Assembly: GCA_028023455.1 (NCBI GenBank)
Contig: JAQFVV010000005.1
Coordinates: 22,010,001-22,074,000, forward strand
DNA: 64,000 nucleotides
Source of the DNA: Epiperipatus broadwayi
Lineage: Eukaryota > Animalia > Onychophora
Direction of reading: 5' to 3'
Of the stretch, positions 1 to 11,520 are shown in pieces; the first letter of the stretch is position 1, and every line of letters begins with the position of its first letter. The position numbers were made by a program, and so were the translations under genes. The notes beneath the pieces are model-generated. The model worked only from the letters and a program-made list of their open reading frames with translations. It was not told where the DNA came from and did no database searches.

Positions 1-339
1 CAAGTTAAATAATGTTTATCTTTCGTTTCTCAATCTTCTAATGCATTATCTTTCTCTTCAAACAATTCCATCTAACTTTAATTTTTTTCAATTATTTTTT
101 TAACTAAATATTTAATTTAAAAATAAAAAAAAACATTAAAGGATTTTATTTTAAATAATAACCCAATTAAAAAGAAATGTTATCAGTTTGAAAATAATCC
201 CAAAATCTAATGTCATGCTATGCTTTTATTAAAACGTTAAAAAAACAGCAACTGATATTTATAAATAAATCATACTATGAGTTAAGTTTATGTTTATTAA
301 ATTAGTGTTTTAAATCAACTGGCAATAATTTATTCGCCA

Positions 340-558
340 TAAAATTACATTATGTGCAGTAAACTGATAATGATTCGACAGAATTTGTCGCGCCAGGAAA
401 AGGATTGCATCAGTAGCAGTCATTTCGAAGACTTTTTCCTGGAAAAATGGCTGCCTACACGAGGTTTTCCAATTTTAATTTGTCATATTTTTAAATATAT
501 TTTTTTTTACAATGTTTTGTTGTTATATATTTGTGTTATAATCGTATTTATATTTTAA
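340..558 (+). promoter_or_regulatory. Probable ALKBH4 promoter/5' leader (CpG-retaining)
   Basis: CpGs retained (TTCGAC, GTCGCGCC, TTCGAA, ACGAG) just upstream of the start codon, whereas most of the intron is CpG-poor. Contains AAAATGGCTGCC at 444-455. Confidence 0.45.
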
Positions 559-672
559 ATGGATAATACTCGTATAAAAAATTGTGCATGTAAGGGCATA
601 CGTGTTTGCTTATTATGTGAGGATTTGAAAACTGGTGATTTAAATAGAATTGATCCTCTAAAAACTGCAACG
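559..672 (+). CDS. ALKBH4: ALKBH4 (AlkB homolog 4, Fe(II)/2-oxoglutarate dioxygenase), coding exon 1
   Basis: ATG at 559 reads MDNTRIKNCACKGIRVCLLCEDLKTGDLNRIDPLKTAT, then a GTAAGT donor at 673. CxCKGIRxCLxC is the N-terminal motif I recognise from ALKBH4 (human ECGCKGIRTCLIC). 114 nt, phase 0. Confidence 0.92.
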
Positions 673-1459
673 GTAAGTTACGTTGTCAGAATATTTTTTT
701 TAAAAAGTTTCAAAATTATTTATTTGAATATAGTATAATTATTAAGATTAATCAGTATTGAACAAAAGAGAAGATATGATATTATCATTCAGTGTTTACA
801 AATAATTTATTTTAATTATTTGAAAATTATTTTAGAAAGAACTGAATAAGTATACATAATTTAATATACCCCCCCCCCTTTCCACCCCAATTTTTTTATT
901 ATCTGTCGGCCATTCTTTGTTCCTTAATATAGCATGTCATTTTTAAAATTGTAAATGAAGTATTTTCAAGTGCGCTTAGACATTCAGATTGAAAATAGTT
1001 TTATGTACCGCTTGATCAAATTTGAAATGTTGATTTATCGTAGGTTTATTGTTTTCTAATCTATATAACAATACGTATATAGAGATAATTATTAGAAAAA
1101 TATTGTCTGCAATAATCTTCAGTTCGTTGATATACCTTGTATATTCCAGTACAAGTTGTCAAGGGCAAGTTTAGTTAGTAAATGATAGATATCTGGATTA
1201 TTTTTTCTTTAAAATAAGAGATTTACGCATAATTTATAAAATTCAGTTTATTAATCTCTTGTATTAGTTAGTGTTCATCTCATTGCTGCTTTGCTTTAAA
1301 AGGTTTTTCTTTTAACATTTCAAATCTAGTTTTTCTTATATACAATGATCAAATATTCGGTATAAAAATTATTTGCCCACAATGTTGTTATAGATATATA
1401 CTTAATATAATAATTTTGATAATTTAAATAAGATTGAAACAAGCACTAATTATACCTAC

Positions 1460-1564
1460 AATTATCAACCCGGTTTTCATCTCTTATTGAAATCTTTTCA
1501 TGATATAAAGTTTTATAAAACTTTTTATGTTGAAAAGGTCTCAATAAAAACCTGGTTGATAATT
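1460..1564. repeat. ~105-bp fold-back hairpin containing a decayed hammerhead-like motif
   Basis: AATTATCAACCCGGTTTT...TTATTGA...CTTTTCA pairs with TGAAAAG...TCAATAA...AAAACCTGGTTGATAATT. The minus strand reads TATCA-TGAAAA-GATTTC-AATAA-GAGAT-GAAA-ACCGGG-TT-GATA. Confidence 0.7.
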
Positions 1565-1787
1565 AAATAATTGTAAATATAATTGGTTATTTTGATCTTA
1601 TTTAGATTGATTATTACGTAAAAATTTTCTTAGCTCTAACACCAAAAATATAAAGTCACATTATTTTATATATAAATGGCAAATATAAGTAGAAAAAAAA
1701 ATCCTCAATCATATACTAAGAAAATCTTCCCCCTACTATTGAACCATTAGTAAACAATTGACACCAGATAATTGTTATAAAATCTCA

Positions 1788-1834
1788 ATCTTCAGACTGA
1801 CCAGTTACCAGCTTTTGTCTTCATCAGTGAAGAT
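1788..1834 (-). ncRNA. Type I hammerhead ribozyme, family D, GAAA core mutated
   Basis: Minus strand ATCTTCA-CTGATGA-A-GAC-AAAA-GCT-G-GTAA-CTGGTCAGT-C-TGAAGAT. Perfect 7-bp stem I, intact CUGAUGA, near-palindromic stem III and GUC site, but GAAA is changed to GUAA. Confidence 0.7.
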
Positions 1835-2944
1835 TAGGATTTTAAACTGGAACGAATGCATCTAGAAACCACATTTTAAACTAATAACTTGAAAACTTAA
1901 AAACTCCAAGATTTCAAACCAGTCTAATTTATTTAAATAGCTATATAGATCTGACACACATCAGTTTCTTTATATTTTGAGACCTCACTTTTATAACAAC
2001 TAAGCTTTTTCTACTCTTTGATATGAGAGGTCATGTGATGTTGATATAAAACTTCTTTAAATATGAAAAATATTGGGATTTAGTTGTGTTCTTGCTATTA
2101 AATGCTCTGTAATTAAACACCATATTAGAATGACAGATTGCAAAAACTAAAAATTATTGAAATTAATAATGCTCCTTTTAATGCTTGAATGTTTCCTGCT
2201 TAAGCAATCAACTACTCATTTATTATTGTTGTTATGGATGTGCTTTATGCTAAGAATTTGAGAACTTTTTGAATAGTCTGTGTGTGTGCAGTATATTAGT
2301 TTGCCAAAGTGTAACAGAAGGGATCAGTCATAAGGAATTCATAAACATCAATATCATTACCAAATAGTAAGCAAAAATAAAAGATTCATTATGGGATAAA
2401 TATTAATAAAATACCAGTACTAATACTCTTTTGGAATCTATTGAGATAAATATAAGAAAATTTTCAGCTTTATATTTTGGCTGCTTCAAAAATTTTATTA
2501 CTAATAATATATTTTAGTAAGAGATTCTAAGTTTGTTGGAATTTCACACTAAATTTATCCATGCATTGACTCTTTAAAAGATTTTTTCTCTTATTTAAGT
2601 TTACATTTTGAAACTGAAGCTAGATAGACAAGATAAATTCTACTGCTCAAATTAAGGCATGGAAAGGACAAAATAATATATAATTTTTAACTTATAAAAT
2701 TATTACTAATCTTTTTTTTAAGACAATAAAGCCAATTACTTAAGGCTTTAATAGATTTATAAATGTAGATGTTAACAATCAACCCTTAAGTTATCAATTT
2801 CTTTAACAATAATGGTAGTTATACCTTTATCTATGGATTGATATATTTATATATACACTAAAGATTGCAACTTGATCATGGAGTGTGAGATTAGTAATAG
2901 AAAGAAGTTTAAGCAAACCTCATTAATCAGGAAAATATAACCTG

Positions 2945-3022
2945 TTCTGAAAGCAGACTAATAAATAGTTAATTATAACTTTCAGATTCTGAAAGCAGAT
3001 TAATAAATAGTCAATTATAACC
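2945..3022. repeat. Tandem duplication, ~42-bp period
   Basis: TTCTGAAAGCAGACTAATAAATAGTTAATTATAAC followed by TTCTGAAAGCAGATTAATAAATAGTCAATTATAAC. Confidence 0.85.
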
Positions 3023-4613
3023 TTTTTATTTATTTAATAATATCAAAGAAATGAAAAAACAAATACATTTTTGATACATAAAAATACACAATAACATCGA
3101 AAATGGATCATTCTTAGTAAGGCAGTTCCCGATGGATTTGCTTAGTTGAGAATTATGAAACTGATTTTGAGTGAAGAGGTTTTACAAAGAGATAAAGGAT
3201 TTATGCAGATCAAGTAATTAAATTCAAGTAAAGATATTTCATTGATATTCACAGATTACCTGTCTCTTTTATCAACAATGATAAACTATAGAAAAAAAGA
3301 ATGGCAAAGATTAATCATATCATACTTTTGTAATAAGATGAACAAATATATATGAAGGATTGTATAACTTTTATTTCCTTTTTGTATTAGCATAATCTCT
3401 AAAAGAAAACATTTGTCATAATTTATGAAATTTTGCACAGAGGCATACATTAAAATTTCTTTCTTAAGTAATTAAATTTGAAAAGAGATCTGCCAGTTTC
3501 AAGCAATTAATTGCCTACTTTTCATAGAACCATTGGTCACTTTTATTTTATTTTGATCATGTAATTGGGATTTACTGGAAGTGATAAGCTTATAATTGAT
3601 TCAAAAGTTCAGAAGAAAGGAGACAGATTTGCTTTAAATTTGATATGAGTTAGCTATAAAGCAGATGTAACAAACATATTTTTTGCATATGGCAATAAGT
3701 TGTAAAAAATGGAGTTGAAGACATGGGGGACAGGACAAAACTCAGGGACTTAAATTGATTTCTTTCGCCTCTGTATTTTCTATATCTTACATGATGTTAG
3801 GTAATTAAATAACTAACTCAAAGAAAGTAGTCCCTTATATGGCTAAGTTGAAATCACATGGCTTTCATAAGAGTATATGGTGAGATAGAAAATTCTATTT
3901 TAATTTTGGTGATAATTATTTAGAGTTTAAATAAAATATATATAAAAACATCTTAAAATTTTTTTAAAGAAAGATCTTTTGAAGATCAATATAATCTGTC
4001 TGCAAGTAACTTGCAAATTGGCTGCACCAACAAGCCTAGTTAGTGTCTTTTTTAAATGAGCTCTTTGTTTAAAATACAAATAAAATTTTAATGTAATTTT
4101 TATGATGTATTTTATTTTCTTCAATATCTTTAACTGTTTAACTCTTGAAGTAATTGAAAGTTAAAAACAAAATACAATTTCTATCTATTGTTCGTATGTA
4201 TGTGTATTTATATGTGCTTAGATGTATTCAACTGCATGTGTAAATATGTGCTGGTATGTGTGTGTGCAAATATAATGTAATTAATTCACTTTACTTTCAT
4301 GGTTTAGATTTTTTTTTGCTTACAATTTAAAACCTTAATGACTGATTAACGCAGTATGATTAAAAAAAAGAATTTGAAAATTTAAACTACCATTTTCATA
4401 GAGAATTTTTTTTCATAATCCAGAACTATTGATTTTTATAGTGTGTATATATATATATGTTGAATCATTTTAAATTTTTTGTGTCTGTGTATATTTATTA
4501 CAATCAATTTTAATTTTATTATAAATGGCTATTTAGCTTACAAGTATATTTGACAGCTGAAGGCGAAGTATTCTGAAACTTCACATTGTAGCCCTGCCTC
4601 TTTGCATCTCATT

Positions 4614-4735
4614 GGTTTATTTTTTTTATATTAAATAGAGATTATCTTAATGATTCATATTGTTTATATATATGGTTTATTTTTTTATATTAAATAGAGA
4701 TTATCTTAATGATTCATATTGTTTATATATATATA
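4614..4735. repeat. Tandem duplication, ~60-bp period
   Basis: GGTTTATTTTTTT(TT)ATATTAAATAGAGATTATCTTAATGATTCATATTGTTTATATATAT occurs twice. Confidence 0.9.
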
Positions 4736-4905
4736 TATAGTTGGTTATCAATGTTAGTTGGTTATCAATGTACATTGCCATATGTGTGCACTAATGTATA
4801 TTTATATATAAGATTTGTGCATCTTTGTTTATATCTGTCATCATTTTCAATCATTTTTATTTTAAGATAGTTTCTTTAATTTTAATTCAATTTTTCTGAT
4901 TTCTA

Positions 4906-6045
4906 GCCCCTCTCCATATTCCATAACAAATTTCCATATTTCATCATTCATCTCATGTGTGGTCTCTTTCTCAGTCTTTTACAAACTTTTGGGATTCTAT
5001 TTAAAACGTTAATTGCCTATCTATTATCTTTTCTAGCAGAATGTCCAATTCAACCTCATCCATCTCTTTATTACTTCTAACATACATCTGCCTATACTTC
5101 ATTGAGTGGTCTGAAGTCTCTGAATTACTTTTCTACTAATGGTAAGTCTCAGATTCATAAATAAGAATGGGTAAAAAAAAAAAAATCTATTAAATACTTC
5201 GTTTTCAAATATATAGATATATTTCCTTCTAATATTATTTCTATCAAAAGCATTCATCCAAGTTTAATTCTATGATTAATTGCATCCATAATGTTTCTAT
5301 CTGTATTCATAATCTCACTAATGGTTAATTTTTTTTATTTCATGATTATCAATATTTATTTTCTTCTAAAAAAATCCATTAAACATTACTTCAATATTTT
5401 TAGCATTTATCTTTACTCCTACTTTCTTGCTTTCATCTGATAATTCTTATAATATTTTGAAGGTCTGAAGTATTATTTTCAAAAACAATTCACATCTGTT
5501 TTGATCCATAAAATACTTCTTGATATAAAAAGTTTTGGAGATAGGAAATTGCTCTCTCATATTCTCAGTGTTCATCTTTTTAGTATAATCTAATCACAGA
5601 TGTTGCATTTTGATAAATATTCATCAGAATATGACAATATCCTGGGTCTGTATTTTAATAATCCAGTGTTTTAATCACCATGGAAATGTTTACAGAATCA
5701 AATGCCTTTTCACAATTCTCAGATTCAAAGCATAATGACAATTCATATTCATTGGTCCTTTCTATATATAACTTCTCTCAATACTTGGATATGATCCATT
5801 ATTATAAAATGACTTAAATTCAGCTTCTTTTTCTTTATCACTTTTCTTAAATATCAATATTAATATTTATTTTTCCAATCATCTAATATATGTTTATCAG
5901 TTAGATATTTGATGTTTAGCTTTGCCAACAATTTTTTTATTTCTTCAATTGCTTCTTTTAAAATATCAGTAATAATTCTATCATTTCCTAGAGATTTTCC
6001 ATTCTTCATGTTTTTTTCTTATTTGAAACACTTGGTAATTCAGAT
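4906..6045 (-). mobile_element. RTE-clade LINE, degraded 3' fragment
   Basis: Colinear in reverse with the RT/3' part of the element at 40825-44091 (e.g. AATGCCTTTTCACAATT = EKAF, CATCTCATGTGTGGTCTCTTTCT); many stops and indels. Confidence 0.85.
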
Positions 6046-6135
6046 ATAGTAATTGTACTTTGTTTTTTATTACTATACAATTCTTTTTAAAACTCACATG
6101 ATCACCGTCTCTTATACTAGCACATAATTGTTATT

Positions 6136-6423
6136 AAACAAGGCAAAACTCTCCATACAGTAGGGCCACCCTGTTCCAACCAGAGTAATCAATGGATGCC
6201 AGAAGGCTTGTGGCCTTTGTTAGTGAGGAGCTTTGGATCTGAGAGCACTGCATCTAGATCTCCAAAGCTCCTCACTGACGAAGGCCACAAGCCAGAAACT
6301 AGTCTGGGGATTATTGGATGAGTAGGCACTAGATAGGGATTTTATGCACAAGCCTTCTGGCATCCATTGATTACTCTGGTTGGCACAGGGTGGCACTATT
6401 GTATGGAGAGTTTTGCCTTGTTT
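6136..6423. mobile_element. Family A fold-back mini-element (PLE pLTR-derived) carrying a hammerhead
   Basis: ~77-bp terminal inverted repeats (AAACAAGGCAAAACTCTCCATACAG... / ...GTATGGAGAGTTTTGCCTTGTTT), plus an internal hairpin at 6206-6293. The same repeat occurs at 18156-18420, 18700-18870 and 21019-21040. Confidence 0.85.
6269..6310 (+). ncRNA. Minimal type I hammerhead ribozyme, family A, intact core
   Basis: TCCTCA-CTGACGA-A-GGC-CACAA-GCC-A-GAAA-CTAGT-C-TGGGGA. 6-bp stem I, CUGANGA and GAAA intact, palindromic ACUAGU stem III, GUC site (predicted cut after 6304). Confidence 0.8.
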
Positions 6424-6489
6424 CTTTTTTTAAACTCTTCTACATATTTCAAGTTATCTGCTTTCAGGAAAAGTCGATTGATTTTTCAA

Positions 6490-6720
6490 TTAAGAATTAT
6501 TTGGCAATTAAGAAGAATGATCATTGTGTTTTTTGATCTAAAACCCAGAGCTATAGTAAAGACACCGTACTGGATGATGTGTGTTGATGAGCCACCCATC
6601 CAGTTCATTTAGTGTAACTTATTGGGTGGACACTAGGAATTTAGTCTGCTTAGTTTTTTTAAGGCCTCAGAGGAAATTAAAGGGTCTCCTTTCATTTAAA
6701 GACAAATGTCTCTCTCCAGT
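6490..6720 (-). mobile_element. Degraded repeat homologous to 40480-40760 and 34760-35030 (probable PLE GIY-YIG region)
   Basis: Reverse complement shares AAAGGAGACCCTT..TTCCTC.TGAGGCCTTAAA and GATGGG.GCTCA.CAACAC with 40510-40750. Confidence 0.55.
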
Positions 6721-8999
6721 ATGTGTGTTTATTTTGTAAAATGAAATATAGAAGTTTAAAATATTTTATATATTCACATGTACAGTACTTGACATCGGTG
6801 AAAAATAGTCATAATATCATCATTATTTTATCAGATAACTCTTTATTGTTCCAAACTTTATTTTATGGTTTGACATATTTTGATCAAACTAAAATCATAT
6901 TTAGTTTATGACTTTTATTGCAGTAATATTTGTCATATGTAAACTTTTTTTTGTCCAATTTTTCCTTTTCAGTTTTGCCTAAAGGGAAAAGTTTTAATAA
7001 TTTTTTAAAATAAAATTTTAAGGCTTTTTTTTTATTATTATTTTCTGGCTTAAGGCTACAGGAGACATTGAACTTGAATTTCATGTCTTTCTTTCTGCAC
7101 TTCCTTTCTCTCGTAGTATGTATTTCTCTGATAGATGAATTTCAGTATTTATAATATTGGGAAGAAAGAAAAAGACTAAGGTGTGGCTTTGGTAGAGTTG
7201 GTTATTTACTTGCTTTATTTTAAAATCTACCATTGATACTTTTTAAAAAAAAAAAACCTGTGTGATTTGGTGCAGTGTGAAAAACGCTTCTCAATCTGTC
7301 ATTTTGGGACTTGAATATCACAACCTCTCAAGCAATTAACCTTTTAATTATTTTTTATATACTGCTTTTTTATATATACTTTTACATTAATTTATGAAAC
7401 ATCCCAGTATTTTATCAACAGCATTGCATGGATTTGTAAGAGGGGGACTGGGGGTGGGGGATTAATTAGATATCTTTGAGATATTTTATTCAGGAGGAAA
7501 ATGGGTAAGATTGGAAATGATGAGGTATTAAATGATGTGGGCAAAAAAAGAATGTGTATTGAATGAATTAAAAAGAGGAATTAGGTGGATAGTTCTTAGA
7601 ATTAAAGGAATGAGAAATGCATCAAAAGGAACTAAAAGAAAAAAGTGGAGTAGAACCTGAGTTTAGAATAGTCTTGAGAAAGTAGGCAGAGAAGGCTAGT
7701 GACATCTGATGGAAGGAAAATCAGAATAACTAAAATAAATTTTATCATTTATCAAAAATATGTATTCACTATTTTTTTTTTAAATCAGTTGACAGTTGAA
7801 AATCATTTTACTGTCAGAAAGCATTTAACAACAATATCCCTTTATTAATTGAAATTCCATTCAGACTGAATGGAAATGTTAAGCTGTTTATTATCAAGGC
7901 TCCAACATCGCATAGCCTATTGATTGTTTAACTATACAATTATTATTATTGATAATGATATTAATGAAATGCTTTATTGTTCATGCATCTGGTCCTTCTG
8001 TCCCTTTCTGTACTCCAACTTTTGATGAACTTCCAAACAATAAATGAATATTTTTATTATTATTATTTTTGATTTTGTTCAAATCAGTTTTAACTATGTT
8101 TTAATTATTATTGTATTAAGATTATGAAATTGTCTCATTAATACAAATAATGTACAGATTCTATCAAACCTTATGAGAATATAGTCTTTCAACTTTAATG
8201 AAATTGTTAATTTAATAATATAAAATCAGTATTGTTTATTTTTTAATATGGTAAATGACCTCAAAAATATTTTAAAATGCATTAAGTGAGATTGTAGATG
8301 TTGGCAGATGATTTTAAATTGTAGGATCTCATAGAGTTTATACCTTTATTTACAAAAAGGAGAGGTTGGCAGATGACTTTAATAATCCAAAACACGTATG
8401 GCAGAACAAACCAGGAAAGTGTTTCATGAAAGAGTAATTATGTTAAACAGCAACAATGGCATTTTTCAGCCTTGCGCATTAGATTATCATGGCTTGCTTC
8501 TGGTCTATTGGTCTTCTTTATTTAGAAAGCATCCTATTCAAGCTAATGATTTGAAATTAATAAATACTTTTTTAATTCTGAATTTAAACCATTTGCTTGT
8601 TGTATTATAATGACTTAACACTTATTCAACAGATATATTTCTGAAAACTCAATTATAAGCTGTTATCTTAATCAGAAGATTATATATACCAAGATAGGAA
8701 TAGTGATGCTGTGTTTTAGTATGTACCTTTGTTTTAAAGTCAAAAGTCAAGTTGGTCAAAACCTTTAAATAATTTTAATTTTTCAAGCTACTAATATAAA
8801 TAATATGAGTATAAGGTAGCCATTAGTAATGACATGGTTCATCTCTCAAGAAATCATGACATTCGAGCACCAGAAATGACAGCCAAGCTTGACCTTATAG
8901 CTATGAAGTCATCACTTTATTACTGCATTAAATCATGCAGTGAATGTGTGTAATGCAAAGGATCAATAAGTTAGAAACAATGGTGATGTGATGCACTGT

Positions 9000-9550
9000 G
9001 ACTTCTTTTTCCCCACCCTAAGTTTTTCCCATATTTTTCTTTATCATGCTCCATCCCATTTCCACAACATAATCTTTGTCAACTCTATGGCATTTATATC
9101 TAAATCCTCCTTATCTTTTCCCAAACCCAGCATAAAAACCAAGAACTCACTTTCTCTATAATCACTTTGTTTTTATTTATTCTTCCACAACTTCATTATT
9201 TGCACCCTTTCTGTTTTTAGGCATTTGCATTCAATTAATAGATGCCTAATATTTCATATGCCTTCCTTTCACAATTTGCAGACTGTCACCCACATTTTTC
9301 ATTTATGTGTATATTCCCTTGTTGTTAAAGATCCTGTTCAAGCTAAGCTTAAACAGTAAATTACTTTCCTTGCTGTTATCATAAATTAACTCTCACCCAA
9401 TATTCTGTTTACTTCTATATATATTTAAATTCTTTTTACTCTCCATACTCGTTCTCCATTTCCCTATTCCTTATTATTACACCTATTCTATCCCATTCCT
9501 TGCCACTATAACACTTAACAATTCTAACACAATCATCCCACCTTTTGTAT
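9000..9550 (-). mobile_element. 3' fragment of the CCHC-tailed LINE also found at 52040-53870
   Basis: Near-identical stretches such as TCCCATTTCCACAACATAATCTTTGTCAACTCTAT and TTATCTTTTCCCAAACCCAGC are shared with 52066-52143. Confidence 0.85.
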
Positions 9551-9551
9551 A

Positions 9552-9762
9552 TCTTATACCCTAGCTCCCTCTATTATATATATTTAAACTATCTATATTT
9601 ATAATCACTCCAACACTATATATTTTTTTAAATTATCTTATACCTAACTCCCTCTTACATATTATTTAAGCTAACTATATCTATAATCACTACAACACTA
9701 TTTATATATAAATTTTATACACTTAACTTTTATTATAATTATTATATAACTCCCTCTTATAT
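9552..9762. repeat. Imperfect tandem repeat, ~84-bp unit, about 2.5 copies
   Basis: TCTTATACC(C)TA(G/A)CTCCCTCT...TATAATCACT(C/A)CAACACTAT starts at 9552 and 9636, with partial copies to 9762. Confidence 0.75.
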
Positions 9763-9929
9763 GTAAATATGCTAATTTTTTTTGTTTTTTTTTACATTAA
9801 TATGTAATATCTATAAATATATTCATATTTATACTCTTATGTAATAATTTTAAATTTTACAACCCATAATTCATTTATAAATATTTTTTTCAATATATTT
9901 TCCTCTATATATCTTTTTTAAGAACTATA

Positions 9930-11520
9930 CTTATACCAATGTCATCCTAATCCCAGAATCCCTATTAAATTTTTGTTTTACTTTCTTATTAGTATTGTTT
10001 CTTTTATTTTCCTTTCCTTAACATTGTTTGTATGTAACATCATTTTTATTGAGTTTTGTGTAAATTCATGTTTTTTTCCTTCATAGATATATATATATAT
10101 AATGATGAATTATTATTTGAGATGTTGTTTTAATCTTGTTTTTATAGAATTTTTAGTTTCTCCCACATATTTATTATCAATCCGACTATCTAAACATTGT
10201 TTGCATTTTATCACATATACTCCATTATTTTCTTACTATCTTTATTATATTCTATGTATTTGTTATACATTAAATTTAACAGGTTTTCTTTTTTATTGAC
10301 TACTTTTGTATTAATTATTCTTTTGCATTTTTTATTAATTTTCACTCTTTTCATTTTAATTTATCCTATATTCTATTTTTTCAATACTTTTTTTAATTAT
10401 ATGTACAGGGAAGTCACTTTTTTAACTTACTGATTATTAAATCTTTTTGTTTAAAAAAAATTTTTTTTTTAACAATACATTGCAACCCTGTTTATACTTG
10501 AATATGTACAACTAATTTTGTGTTTCCTATCGATGTTGAAGAACCAACTTGTTATATAATTACTAATATTGTATTTCTTATATATATTTGTTTGAATATA
10601 CTATTTTTTATCTATCAATTTCTTTTGTAACATTATATCCAGATATGCAATTTCATTATTTTTTTCCTTTTCAACTGTAAATTTTATATTCTCTTCTACT
10701 TTATTAATATCATTAATAAACTAGTTTATTTGCCTTTGGCTTTTATTAAAAAATCATCAAATAATAATCTACATATTTGCTAAAAAAACAATGGAGCATT
10801 TTTATTTTCTGTTATATTTTTATCAAACTCACTCATATAAATATTGCTTAAAATTGCATTTAGAGCTCCTCCCATTAATAATCATTCTCTTTGCTTATAA
10901 AATTTCTTATTATATTCAAAAGTTACATCCTTACAACATGATTCCATTAAATCTACCAATATATGAATTTTTTATTTTTATCCCTAATATACTTTCCTAT
11001 AGTTAAATTTATTGCTTTTTCTACATTTAAATTTGTATACATTGATATAATGTCGATTTTTATAAATGTTAAATTTCTGTATTCATATTTTTTAAATATG
11101 TCATTAATTTTATTAAAATTTTATTATTTTTAATTTTGGGATTGATAACCATTTTGAAACTTTTTCTAAGTAAGATCCCTTAAAATCAATAATTGGCCCT
11201 ACTGATACATTTTCTTTATTAATTTTTGGAGCCCACAGTTCATGGTTATCTGCCACCTGGTATCATTGCAAAGCTATCTGGAGAGAGAAGAAAGAGATTC
11301 TACCATCAAATAAACTTGCCTTTTTTATTGTTATCCATTTTCCTTCAGGTCTATATATCTAAACCGACAATCTTTTTTTTTTTTCCAGATATCCAATTCT
11401 TAGTTTTACATAAAGCTATTCTTCAAGCCATATTTGATTATCGACAATGACAAAATCAGCTTTGATTCACTTAAGCTTCAATCCAGGAATTCTTTCCTAT
11501 TGAGTCCATCATTTCGCTAT
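9930..11520 (-). mobile_element. Degraded Penelope-like element (RT + GIY-YIG endonuclease)
   Basis: Minus-strand translation with frameshifts gives, in order: IKAD..VIVD (~11460), ELWAPKINKENVSVGPIIDFKGS (LPKIHK..PLRPI), DVTFEYNKKFYKQRE*LLMGGAL (QxxGxxMG), KYVDYY (RYVDD), IKFTVEKEKNNEIAYLDI, then GVYVIKCKQC...KYVGETKNSIKTRLKQH (10115-10229) and ..NRDSG. Confidence 0.85.
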
